From: a virus
Lineage: Duplodnaviria > Caudoviricetes
Virus record (IMG/VR): IMGVR_UViG_2933814219_000003
Coordinates: 17,103-81,102 of that record
Length of the DNA stretch: 64,000 nt
Reading direction: 5' to 3' (one strand)
The notes under the pieces are model-generated. The model saw only the letters and a program-made list of their open reading frames with translations, was not told the origin of the DNA and did no database searches. Position numbers and translations under genes: made by a program. This document shows positions 10,101 through 18,466 of the stretch, piece after piece; position 1 is the first letter of the stretch; each line of letters starts with the position of its first letter.

Positions 10101-11759
10101 CTTGGTGGCCTCGGTCGAGCCCTGCGCCATCGCGGCGGCAACAGCCCGCTGGGCGTCCGCGAGGGCGTCTTGTGCACCCTGCACCTGGCGTGCAGCTGTT
10201 ACCTGCGCATCGGCCACACCCTGCTGGGCCGCGGCCAGCGCTTCCTGCGCGTCCCGGACTGAATCGGCACCAGCCTTGGCGACCGCTGCGGCATTCGCCT
10301 GGGCCTCCCCCACACCCCGGGCCTTGTCGCCGACGTTCCGCTGTGCGTCCGCAAGCCGGTCCTGCGCTGCCTTGACCCCTTCGGAGCCCTCGATGCCTGC
10401 TTTCGCCGCAGCGGCGTTCTCCTCCTGGAGCCTCTTCGTCTCCAGTTGCTGCTCTTTGAGGCGCTGTACGGCTTTGTCGTAGGCGAGCTGGGCACGGGCC
10501 AGGTCGTCGGCGTTTGCCGCGGCCCCCTTCGCCTTGAGGAGGTTGAGGGCCTTCTCGGCGTCGGCTACGTCCATGACCGCGTCACGCTGGTCGAGTTCGG
10601 CGGACGTCAGGCGGTTCGCCAGGTCTTCGAGCTGGTCAGCGGCGGTCTTGCGGGCCTCGTTGAGGTCTTCCTGCGCCCGGGTTGCGTCTGCCTGTGCGTC
10701 GGCGAGGTCACGTTCGGCGTCGGCGACGCGCTGGAGCGCCGCACGCCGGTCCGCGGCGGCCCGCACTTCGGCGTCGCGCACATCCTCGGCGGCGTCCTGG
10801 ACCCGCTTTTGTGCGTCGGCGATCTGCCGGGCCGCGTCGACCTGAGCTTCCTTGAGTGCGCGGGCGGAGCGGGCGACGTTGATCTGCGCGGATTCCACAG
10901 CGCGGGCTGCGGATACTGCGGCGGGGGCGCTCGAAGCGCCGGACTCGAACGCCGACTTGAACGCGTCACCGACCCCGTGCAACCCCACCCCGAGGGCGGC
11001 ACCGATTGTGATCAGCGACCCGAGAGCAGGCGCGGCGACAGCGGCAGCCGGCCCCATCTGGGCGATCGACTGCCCCAGGGAGACCACGGCTGGCAGGGCC
11101 ATGAGTGCAGCGGACGCCAGTCTCACGAAACTGCTGCCCAGGGCCCCGGCCGAGGAGGCGGAGGCTCCCAGGCTGGAGCCCAGGCTCCCGAGGCCCCCCA
11201 GGCCCAGCATGTTTGTGCGGACGTTCACGGTTCGGTCGCGGGTCAGCAGGGCGATCTGTGCAGTTGCGGACGCGGTGTCGGCGCCGGCAGTGATCCGCGC
11301 TGTGCGAGGGCGGGTCAGGAGTGTGAGGTCATCGGCGGCGGTGCGGGTGTCGGCGTCGGCGGTGAGCCGTACTGTCCGCGGGCGGACGAGGGTGTCGAGC
11401 CGTGCGCGGGCGTCGGCGTCATCCAGTTCGACGAGGAGCTTGATGGTCCGGTCTGCGGTGAGTGTCGTCAGGGTGCCGCTGGTGGCACCTTGGTTGAGGC
11501 GCAGGTCTATGTCGACCCGTCGGCGGCGGGTCAGGTTGGCTATTTCGTCGGCGGCGACCCGGGTGTCCGCGTCGATCGTGACGGTCATGCGGCGGTTCTT
11601 GATCAGTGTGGCGATCCGCTGGTCGGCCGCGGTGGTGTCAAGGTCTGCTGTGACCTTGAGGCTGATCTCCTTCTTTTCCAGCTTGGCGATCTCGGCGTCG
11701 AGTCTGGTGCGGTCCATGCGCGCCTCGACGTAGGCGCCGGCCAGCCTGAACTCACCCAT
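7125..11759 (-). CDS. Tape measure protein with C-terminal NlpC/P60-like peptidase domain
   Basis: 1544 aa, Ala-rich coiled coil, hydrophobic repeats, Trp-periodic region; YQWGG..WDCSGLV...GHT motif. Confidence 0.92.
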   Translation of the reverse strand: MGEFRLAGAYVEARMDRTRLDAEIAKLEKKEISLKVTADLDTTAADQRIATLIKNRRMTVTIDADTRVAADEIANLTRRRRVDIDLRLNQGATSGTLTTLTADRTIKLLVELDDADARARLDTLVRPRTVRLTADADTRTAADDLTLLTRPRTARITAGADTASATAQIALLTRDRTVNVRTNMLGLGGLGSLGSSLGASASSAGALGSSFVRLASAALMALPAVVSLGQSIAQMGPAAAVAAPALGSLITIGAALGVGLHGVGDAFKSAFESGASSAPAAVSAARAVESAQINVARSARALKEAQVDAARQIADAQKRVQDAAEDVRDAEVRAAADRRAALQRVADAERDLADAQADATRAQEDLNEARKTAADQLEDLANRLTSAELDQRDAVMDVADAEKALNLLKAKGAAANADDLARAQLAYDKAVQRLKEQQLETKRLQEENAAAAKAGIEGSEGVKAAQDRLADAQRNVGDKARGVGEAQANAAAVAKAGADSVRDAQEALAAAQQGVADAQVTAARQVQGAQDALADAQRAVAAAMAQGSTEATKFNDAMSKLSPNAREFVNAVRGIAPAWSAVRADVQDALFRGLGDTLTRMSSAVLPAVQTGLVGMASVLNNMATGLMNTFTALGKAGTLSQMFSGLTAGVQPLVQVPGQIAQAFVQLSIAASPAFTRLTTAAGEAATSISERMSGAFASGRMEESIETAVGVVQQFGALLGDIFGTVGNILKAAGAGAGDVLGGLGAVFEELRRITAMPEVQAMLTTIFTALNDVASLIATTLGAVIQAVLPLLAALAPTISLLATALGPVLAQLAAALGQALLPIMTALMPIVESVGTALIGVVKAVMPLLAPVGALIAAIVAAVAPVIQVVLTTFVSLADSLAKALLPVVQALIPLVTMIGGLLATLAPTFAQMTLALFPLLAPLGQLTVSLLTLAMEILTPLIPLITWLATLLATKFTEALGTLIPVLTTVIQWIQLFVDAMTAGVEWIVEKFEWLFDVLVGHSIIPDLVRAIVTWFTSLWTSTKKIFTDLKDGVVKIWNDLWAKLREKWNTFYSGFKTSVSTAWTTLKTSFTNLKTSVSTTWNTMWNNARDKVTTIFSSIRGKISDFKSSMTTSFTLLRDGIGKIWDGIKSKLGSPIKWVVGNVYNDGVRKMWNTIAGKINSKIVLPSIGLKFAKGGIVPGQGTGDTVPAMLTPNERVLSLAQVAQLGGHRAIDAMLGKDRSEGRTGGNPDNRVAQGMQHFDKGGIVGTISSIGGAISGGIDWAKDLVIGGLKAAAQKAISTFVRPLINQIPGGSSSYGRLTKGVPNNLLDKMLGFLGNEDKKAVGGPAVQRGLAWARTQHGKKYQWGGNGNPSWDCSGLVSAIESVIRGESPHRRWATGAFSGNTAPSGWVRNLNSPYQIGITNAGVGHTAGTIAGVNVESRGGDGVVIGSGARGVNSSMWTDRYGYAPATKYDTGGLLQPGRTLVDNQTGKPEAVLTPAERAAFEDIVRNGAGITIGSIHIDGTFDLSSPTSRKAAAEAMVSEMNEALRNWNRSRQR

Positions 11760-12599
11760 CGGCCACCACTCTCACCAGTTCGATCTCCTCCGGGAACCGG
11801 GCTGCGAGGGCGGCCACGGACTGGACCTGTGCGGGTTCCGGTGCGGGGGGCGGCTCGGTACGCGGGGCTGTGGTGTTGCTGGTGTCGTCTTCCTGTTCGG
11901 CGGCGCGTGCGGCCATGACGCCGGAGAACGCGAACACGCGTTGAGCGAGAGCGAAGTACCGGGGTCCGGTCATGTCGTCCTCCTCCAGGTCGATGCCGTA
12001 GTGGGCCAGGAAGTCGGCGTCCAGGTCCCGCTCGTAGGCGAGGACCCAGCCGATCTGGTTGCTGCGTGTCCGCCACCCCTCGCCCCATGGGGGCGAGGTG
12101 GCCTGGTCGGTCAGGTCGGTGATCCAGGGGAGAGCGGCGGCTGCCCGGTGCCACCTGATCCACGACGCCCGGGTCAGTGCCCCTGCGGGGCCTTGCGCCG
12201 CGCGTGACCCTGTCGGCCCTCTTTTCCCTCCTCGTCCTCGACCTCGCCGAGGGCCATGTCGCGGAGCCGGTTCATGATCTGGTCGAGCTGTTCGTCGGTG
12301 AGGTCCTCGCAGTCCATGAGCGCGGTGTAGCCGTCCTCGCCGATGAGGACTTCGAGGAGCTCCTGGGCGGCGAGGGCTTCGCCTTGCCGGCGCATGGTCC
12401 GCAGGTAGCGCAGTCCGTGGTTGCGGCCGACGTGCTTGGGGATCGAGTACGCCTCGTCGTCGACGTAGAAGAGGACGATGCGGTCCACGTCGGCGGGCTT
12501 GGAGGTGAGGCGTACCGGCTCGAAGTCGTCGGCGACTGCGGGGGTCGGCTTGGGCTTGGTGGTGCGCTTCTTCGTGGCGGTTCGGGGGTTGGCGGCCAT
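11752..12599 (-). CDS. Tail assembly chaperone, long form (programmed -1 frameshift)
   Basis: Slippery G GGA AAA at 12228-12222; the -1 frame stays open to 11752 (..DLDADFLAHYGIDL..). Confidence 0.8.
12174..12599 (-). CDS. Tail assembly chaperone, short form
   Basis: Between major tail and tape measure; ends ..EEGKEG.. at the slippery site. Confidence 0.85.
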   Translation of the reverse strand: MAANPRTATKKRTTKPKPTPAVADDFEPVRLTSKPADVDRIVLFYVDDEAYSIPKHVGRNHGLRYLRTMRRQGEALAAQELLEVLIGEDGYTALMDCEDLTDEQLDQIMNRLRDMALGEVEDEEGKEGRQGHARRKAPQGH

Positions 12600-12684
12600 G
12601 GTGGGTTCCGTTTCTGTGGAGGGGTGGAGGGAGGTGGCCGGGCCCGCCTCCCTCCACAGGTTTCGGGCCCGGCCGCTTGAGGGG

Positions 12685-13248
12685 TTACGGAACGATGCCG
12701 TCGATGATCTTGTAGGTGCGGATCGACTGGCTCACGAAGTGCGCCTGGAGCTTGACCTTGAGGACGCTCATCTTGTCCTTCGTGTAGGCCAGCTCGATGG
12801 AGTCGACGGACAGCACCTTGCGGACGATGACCCGGCGGCGGGCCAGGTCAGGGGCCCACCCGTCGAACAGCACGGCCGAGTAGGCGGGCTGGGTTGCTGA
12901 CGATGCGTCGTTCGGCTCGTAGGTCTGGTAGCCCGAACCCGACGCCGTCGTGCCACCGTTCAGGGCGTAGGCGAGGTTCCCGAGGGTGACCTCCGCCATG
13001 TTCGTCTCGACGCTGGTGTTGCGCTTCGTCAGCCGGGAGCCGACACGGTCGACGATCTGGTCGACCTCCAGCTCCCCGTAGGTGTTCTCGATGACGAGCT
13101 TCACGCCGTCCGTCGTGCCGCCGACGTCGGACCACGCGGACGCGGCCGGCGTCGAGTTCAGCGCCGAGTCGGCCGGCTCCGCGGCACCGAAGGCGCCCCG
13201 GTACAGCGTCGCCGGGCCCTGGATCAAGTTGTCGGGGTCCACCGCCAT
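12685..13248 (-). CDS. Major tail (tube) protein
   Basis: MAVDPDNLIQGPATLY..WSDVGGTTDGV; AGGAGG RBS; position. Confidence 0.85.
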   Translation of the reverse strand: MAVDPDNLIQGPATLYRGAFGAAEPADSALNSTPAASAWSDVGGTTDGVKLVIENTYGELEVDQIVDRVGSRLTKRNTSVETNMAEVTLGNLAYALNGGTTASGSGYQTYEPNDASSATQPAYSAVLFDGWAPDLARRRVIVRKVLSVDSIELAYTKDKMSVLKVKLQAHFVSQSIRTYKIIDGIVP

Positions 13249-13309
13249 GGCGGTCCTCCTAGAGTCGTGACCCGGATGGGCCGCTGGGTGGGGACGTGGA
13301 GGGAGAAGT

Positions 13310-13540
13310 TCACGTGCGCCACTCCTCGCGGCGCAGCGGCCAGGTGACGCCCTCGAACTGGGGCAGCCACCTGAGGCCGATGGTCTGCTCGGGCGGGATG
13401 CTGCGGGGGCACGGCACGATCCGTGCGTCCGCGATGATCCACTCCAGTTCGTGGCGGTTGCCGTGGACGATGACCCGGCCGCCATGGGTGAGGAGGTCGC
13501 GGGAGCGCGGGCCTTCGATGGCCCAGCGGGTGGTGGTCAT
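13310..13540 (-). CDS. Phage hypothetical protein
   Basis: MTTTRWAIEGP..; ATGA overlap with upstream gene. Confidence 0.6.
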   Translation of the reverse strand: MTTTRWAIEGPRSRDLLTHGGRVIVHGNRHELEWIIADARIVPCPRSIPPEQTIGLRWLPQFEGVTWPLRREEWRT

Positions 13541-14022
13541 GGGCCGACCTCCACCCAGTGCAGTTGCAGCGCAAGTACGATCCGCGCCCACGACCCCAGG
13601 TCGGCGGAGGCTTCACCGCCGCCGGGAATGACGGGGCGGCGGGGTTCCTGGACCGTGTACGCGGACAGCACCCGGGCGTTCGGGTAGCCGGCCGGGAGCG
13701 TGAGGAGCCTGGGGTTGTTCTGGTGGTCGAGGCAGCCGGCGACGATGGCCTCTGCCAGGGCGGTCGCCTTGTTCCACGGCGGCTTGACGCTGTTGGGTGA
13801 GGCCGCCCAGCAGTCGACGAGAACGACGGGCATCCGCATGGGGACGTACATGTTGGCGCCGCCGCTCGACGTGTGGACGGTGACGAACCCGGTCTCGGCC
13901 CAGGTGGGGATGCCGGTCTCGGGAAGGCGGGGCACTGTGGTGGCGACGATGTCCCCGACCAGGTCTTTGATCCAGGCGATGGCGACCAGGTCGGTGGTGG
14001 CGCGCTTGAGGATGGTGGCCAT
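13537..14022 (-). CDS. Tail terminator-like protein
   Basis: Position; VLVDCWA motif; TGATG overlap. Confidence 0.65.
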   Translation of the reverse strand: MATILKRATTDLVAIAWIKDLVGDIVATTVPRLPETGIPTWAETGFVTVHTSSGGANMYVPMRMPVVLVDCWAASPNSVKPPWNKATALAEAIVAGCLDHQNNPRLLTLPAGYPNARVLSAYTVQEPRRPVIPGGGEASADLGSWARIVLALQLHWVEVGP

Positions 14023-14378
14023 CACGCCGCCTCCCGTCGGGTCCACAGGGCGGGACGGAGGAACGGCTGCGCCAGGGTGCCGGGGTGATTGACGAGCGCC
14101 CAGGGGTGCTCGGCTCCGGGCCAGAACAGGGCCTTGGCGTTCTTCGGGCGGATGACGTGAGGCTTCGTGCCCTCTTCCATCCAGATGGCCCGGTCCAAGT
14201 TCGAGCCGACACGCAGCACCTGGTCGTTGACCTCGTGGTTGATCGACGCGGCGAGCCCGCCGGTCTTCTTCGGTGCGAACTCGCGGGCATCCGCCTTGAT
14301 GAGTTCACCGAGGTGGTCAAGGAGCTCGTTCTCGGCGATGCCGAGGTGCGTCTCGATGGACGCGTGGTCGATCTGCAT
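14022..14378 (-). CDS. HK97 gp10-like neck protein
   Basis: APKKTGGLAASI..EEGT..HPGT.AQPFLRPAL motifs. Confidence 0.85.
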   Translation of the reverse strand: MQIDHASIETHLGIAENELLDHLGELIKADAREFAPKKTGGLAASINHEVNDQVLRVGSNLDRAIWMEEGTKPHVIRPKNAKALFWPGAEHPWALVNHPGTLAQPFLRPALWTRREAA

Positions 14379-14458
14379 GCCCGCTCCTCTCCGGCTCGGG
14401 TTGTTCGGTGGCCGTGCGGATCCCGGTCTCCCCGGGAGTGGCCCGCGCGGCCGGTCGT

Positions 14459-14788
14459 TCAGGTGACGCGTTTCAGGTCGAGTCGCAGGTCGGGCTGGTG
14501 GCCGACCCCACTGGGCGGGGTGACGGCGGTGATGGCGTAGATGACACCGGTGCGGTCGTCGCGGATCCTGTCCTCCGGACCCACCGCGGTGCGGCCGGGG
14601 AGCCGGCCGACGGTGTAGCGGATGACGCGGGGGGTCGGCTGCTCAGGTGTGGTGATCAGCCGGGACCGTTCCACAAGCGATGCGGGGATCCCGGACACGG
14701 CGGGGGTGTTGTTGTCGACGGTGTCCCCCCACTCATCGACGCTGGTGCCGGTGAGGACACTGACCCGGGTATTGGCGATGGCTCTCAT
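14459..14788 (-). CDS. Head-tail stopper/closure protein
   Basis: DEWGD and DRIRD motifs; position. Confidence 0.65.
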   Translation of the reverse strand: MRAIANTRVSVLTGTSVDEWGDTVDNNTPAVSGIPASLVERSRLITTPEQPTPRVIRYTVGRLPGRTAVGPEDRIRDDRTGVIYAITAVTPPSGVGHQPDLRLDLKRVT

Positions 14789-15216
14789 GGCATCGGCCTC
14801 CACACCTGGCTGTCGTCCGCCGACTCCAGCAGCTGGTTGGTGACGTACCGGCCGCCCTCGAACGGGGTGCCGACGTGCACGGTGCGGGACCGCATCCAGG
14901 AGCAGCGGCGCAGCGCTTTGCCCGCCATCGGCGCCAGGACCGCCCCGTCCGGAGTCAGTTTGTTACTGACCCCGTCCTGGGACGTCTCGGTGGCGTCGAG
15001 ACGGGTCGCCACGTCGTACTGCTCGGTCAGCCAAGCGGCCTGCCGGGCTACTGCTGCGCCCAGCCAGTGCACGTCCCTGGCCCGGATCCGGTCGGTGTCG
15101 GCATAGATCCGTCCGGAGAAGATCTCGATGTCGTCCTGCGCCTGGGCAAGCAGCTGCGCGGTCACGGCCACACCCGTGGCGTCGACCTGTTGCGGCGTTG
15201 CCCAGACCGTCGTCAT
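14785..15216 (-). CDS. Head-tail adaptor
   Basis: WATPQQV N-terminus; position after capsid. Confidence 0.65.
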   Translation of the reverse strand: MTTVWATPQQVDATGVAVTAQLLAQAQDDIEIFSGRIYADTDRIRARDVHWLGAAVARQAAWLTEQYDVATRLDATETSQDGVSNKLTPDGAVLAPMAGKALRRCSWMRSRTVHVGTPFEGGRYVTNQLLESADDSQVWRPMP

Positions 15217-15217
15217 C

Positions 15218-15640
15218 TCAGTCCTCGTCGCCGCGGGTCAGGACGTCGCGCGGCGTGGTGGTGTCCGGGGCGTTGTGATCGACGGACGACGGCACGACCT
15301 GCACCGAGTAGCGCAGGGTCAGTGACAGGCCGTCCGGGTGTTCCTCGGTGCCGTCGAAGCGGGCGACGCCGCGGGGGTGGAGGCCGCGCTGGATGGCCTC
15401 GTTGGCGACCGCCGCAGCGTTCGCCTCGTGGGCCTCGTCCTCGTCGCGGGACGGCCACGTGGAGCGCAGGACGACGAACTCCTTGATGTGCCGGAGTCCG
15501 TCGGAGCCGTCCGGGGACCGCTCGTCGACCTCAGTCTCCGGGGCGCCCGCGACGGCCGGGAACTCCTTGGCGCGGAGCCTCGCCTCGTCGGACTCGGGCG
15601 TCTTCGCCGCGGCCCTGGTGGTGGGCTTGCTGGTTGCCAT
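15218..15640 (-). CDS. Phage head-region hypothetical protein
   Basis: AGGAGG RBS; directly after capsid gene. Confidence 0.65.
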   Translation of the reverse strand: MATSKPTTRAAAKTPESDEARLRAKEFPAVAGAPETEVDERSPDGSDGLRHIKEFVVLRSTWPSRDEDEAHEANAAAVANEAIQRGLHPRGVARFDGTEEHPDGLSLTLRYSVQVVPSSVDHNAPDTTTPRDVLTRGDED

Positions 15641-15705
15641 GGCTCACCTCCTGTGGTGGCCCGTACCGCCCAGCCATGGGGGCGGTACGGGGATCGCACG
15701 GAAGG

Positions 15706-16611
15706 TCAGCCGACGAGGATGGAAGCGCCGGCGGGGTGGCCGTAGACGAAGCCGCGGCGGGCACGCATCTTGAGGAGCGACTCGTCGGTCAGGGCGCTGG
15801 TGCCGTCGCGTCCGTCGATGAACACGGACTCGGGGCCGGACCGGATGCCGAGGTGCATGAGGTCGGTGGAGACGAACGCCATGATCGGGCGGCCGGTCGG
15901 GGCCGACGTGGCGGTCGCGGAGGTGCGGGCGCCGAGGGACCACTTGATCGGAACACCGAAGATGGTGTCCGGGGTTCCGGCGAGGCCCTCGATGAAGATG
16001 GGGCGCTGCTGGGTGTCGAGGATGCCGCGGAGGGACTTCTTGAACGTCGGGTGCGCGATGGCCAGCATGGTGCCGGGGTCGTAGTAGTCGCCCGCTTCGA
16101 CGAGGCCGATCGTGTCGGAGAAGTTCGCGTAGGTCGCGCCGCCGGTGCCCGCGACGGTGATGTTGCTGTTGCCGGTGTAGCCGAGGTTGTTGTCGGTCTG
16201 GCTGAGCAGGTAGTATAGGGACTGGAACGGGACACCCGTGCCCGGGGCCGCGGTGACGGCCAGGGACGCGTTGTCGAGGATCTTCGCGTAGGAGATCCCC
16301 CAGTCCTTCATCTTGACGTTGAGGATGTTGACGAGGGAGTCGTCGACGTCCTCTTCGGCGATGCGGAGCACCTTGCCGAACTTCTTGGCATAGAGCAGGA
16401 CGTCGTCGTTGTTGGAGACGTCCTCGCCGTAGGCCCCGCCCTTGTCGACGACCTCGACGCCCATCCCGGCGGAGCGGGGGACGTGGCGGGTGTCGGACGA
16501 CATGGGGACCCGGTTGGCGACGGCCTCGACGACGGACGTCTGGGTGATCCGCTGGATAACCTCGGAGCCGTACTCCTCGGGGATCCACGCTTCGACGGTG
16601 TTACGTGCCAT
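15706..16611 (-). CDS. Major capsid protein (HK97 fold)
   Basis: WIPEEYGSEVIQ, LRGILDTQQRPIF, TIFGVPI motifs. Confidence 0.92.
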   Translation of the reverse strand: MARNTVEAWIPEEYGSEVIQRITQTSVVEAVANRVPMSSDTRHVPRSAGMGVEVVDKGGAYGEDVSNNDDVLLYAKKFGKVLRIAEEDVDDSLVNILNVKMKDWGISYAKILDNASLAVTAAPGTGVPFQSLYYLLSQTDNNLGYTGNSNITVAGTGGATYANFSDTIGLVEAGDYYDPGTMLAIAHPTFKKSLRGILDTQQRPIFIEGLAGTPDTIFGVPIKWSLGARTSATATSAPTGRPIMAFVSTDLMHLGIRSGPESVFIDGRDGTSALTDESLLKMRARRGFVYGHPAGASILVG

Positions 16612-16692
16612 GAGAGCCCTCCTGCGGGCGGCGTGATGGGGAAGCTGGTGGGCTCGGGCCCCATCACGGGCGCCTTCGCATACAAGGGCGAC

Positions 16693-16750
16693 ACTTCGAT
16701 TCGATCACCGAATCAATTCATCTGATGATGAATATACCTTCGATTGTCAA
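16693..16750 (-). promoter_or_regulatory. AT-rich putative late promoter upstream of capsid gene
   Basis: TTGACA on minus strand (16750-16745); inverted repeat ATTCATC-TGAT-GATGAAT 16716-16733; two CTTCGATT boxes. Confidence 0.5.
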
Positions 16751-17424
16751 GCCTTGCCCAGTACCTTCGCCGCGTGCCGCTCCGCCGCCGACTTCGGTGT
16801 CTCGTCCGCCGCCGGCTTCGGGGCGATGCTCGGCCGGGCCGCCCTCTTCCTCGGCGTCGTGTCGAAGAGTTCGGGGTAGTCCGCGCGCAGCGCATCGATC
16901 TGCTCCTCGACGCCGAGGACTTCACCGTCGTCGTCGATGCTGAGCTCGCCGATGTCCACGAACTTCATCAGCCGGGCAAGGCGTGCCTCGGTCTTTGCCT
17001 TGTCGCCCTCGACGGATGCGATGGCACCGGCCTGGATGAGGGAGGCGCGGACGGCCTTGTTCACGGCGATCGGCTTGTAGCGGGCTTCGGCCCGCTCCTC
17101 CGCCTCACGGACCGCCCTCTCCGTCTCGGTCTCCTGCTCCTTGTACTTGTCGCGCAGCGAGTTCAGGTCGCGCTGGACGGCGAGCTTCTCCTCCTTGCGC
17201 TTGGCCAGGGTGCGCCGGACCCTCTCCCACTCCTCGCGGGACGGCGGCACGTAGTCGTCGTCCTCGGTGCCCACAGGGTCGTCCTTCTTGGCGGGCGACT
17301 TGGGCTTGGGGGCGTCCTCGACGAGGTCGTCGACTTCGGTGTCGACGGCGTCGGGCTCCTCTTCGACGATGCCGTCGACTTCGATGTCGGTGTCGTCGTG
17401 GTCGGCCATGGTGTCCTCCATCAC
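16747..17424 (-). CDS. Capsid scaffolding protein
   Basis: Acidic N-terminus, coiled coil, DYPELF motif; directly upstream of capsid. Confidence 0.85.
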   Translation of the reverse strand: MMEDTMADHDDTDIEVDGIVEEEPDAVDTEVDDLVEDAPKPKSPAKKDDPVGTEDDDYVPPSREEWERVRRTLAKRKEEKLAVQRDLNSLRDKYKEQETETERAVREAEERAEARYKPIAVNKAVRASLIQAGAIASVEGDKAKTEARLARLMKFVDIGELSIDDDGEVLGVEEQIDALRADYPELFDTTPRKRAARPSIAPKPAADETPKSAAERHAAKVLGKA

Positions 17425-17458
17425 GGGGGCGGGGTCGGGTGCCCGTCACGGGCACGGG

Positions 17459-18466
17459 TCATGCGGCGGCGAACCGCCTGCTGCGCACCGCACGCTGGGC
17501 GGCGGCACGCACGTCTGGGGGCAGGTCAACACCGGAGCGCAGCAACTCGGCGGCTGCGCGCACCCGGGCGGCCCTGGATTCGCTGGGCCTGGCGTGACCG
17601 CGGGCAATGTTGCTGCGGGCCTGCCTCTGAAGATGCAGCGGCAGGGGAACTTCACCGGCGGACCAGCGAGGCAGCCACGGCAGGACACGGCAACGGCACC
17701 GCGGGTGCACCGGCGGCAAGTCGATGCGGTCCGCACCATCGTTCCGCCGGCTGGGGTCCCACGAGAGGCCACCGGGAAAGGACGCGCCGGCATCGGCCAG
17801 GAGTCCGGAGTAGGCGGAACAGGTCACGCAGGCGTCCGCTTCCGCGATCCACAGGCGCATCCCCCCGACCATGCGCACCGTCATCTGCAAGGTGTCGTTG
17901 ACGACCTCGGTAACCGCGGTGGCCACATGCCGCTCCACGGCCGATGTCGCGCTGCGGGCGATGCCGATGCCAGTAAGGACGTCGGACCAGCGGCGCACCG
18001 TGCGGGTCTTCAAAGCGGCAAGCGACCGGGATACCTGCTCGTCCACGGCGTCAGCCATAGCGGCGGCACTGGTCGGCACACTGGAGGGGACTCTTGCGGG
18101 CGGTTGCCGAAACGGGCGCCCGGACGCGGCCACCACGAACTGCGCCCCTTGCCGGGCGGCGGCTTGGGCGATCGACGGCAGCACTTCGGTCAGGGCTGCT
18201 ACGGCACGCTTCCCGAGGTCGCCGACGATGCGGCGGACCGCCGAGCGCACCGACGCCATCAGCCGGTTCAGCGCCGCCCCCGAAGCAGCCAGGGCGTCCG
18301 GGCTGCCGAACGCCACGGTCCAGGCGGTGAGCGTCCTGCGGATCAGCCGCTCGAACTGCACGCCCGTGCCCGCCAACAGCGCCGCAATGGCCGCCTCTTC
18401 GAGGGCGCTGATTTCGCCGGTGTGTTCCTGCTGCACGAGCTGGGCGAGTTCCTCCGGGGTGGCCAT
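17459..18466 (-). CDS. Minor head/MuF-like morphogenesis protein
   Basis: ACVTC..PPVHPRCRC motif; follows portal. Confidence 0.75.
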   Translation of the reverse strand: MATPEELAQLVQQEHTGEISALEEAAIAALLAGTGVQFERLIRRTLTAWTVAFGSPDALAASGAALNRLMASVRSAVRRIVGDLGKRAVAALTEVLPSIAQAAARQGAQFVVAASGRPFRQPPARVPSSVPTSAAAMADAVDEQVSRSLAALKTRTVRRWSDVLTGIGIARSATSAVERHVATAVTEVVNDTLQMTVRMVGGMRLWIAEADACVTCSAYSGLLADAGASFPGGLSWDPSRRNDGADRIDLPPVHPRCRCRVLPWLPRWSAGEVPLPLHLQRQARSNIARGHARPSESRAARVRAAAELLRSGVDLPPDVRAAAQRAVRSRRFAAA

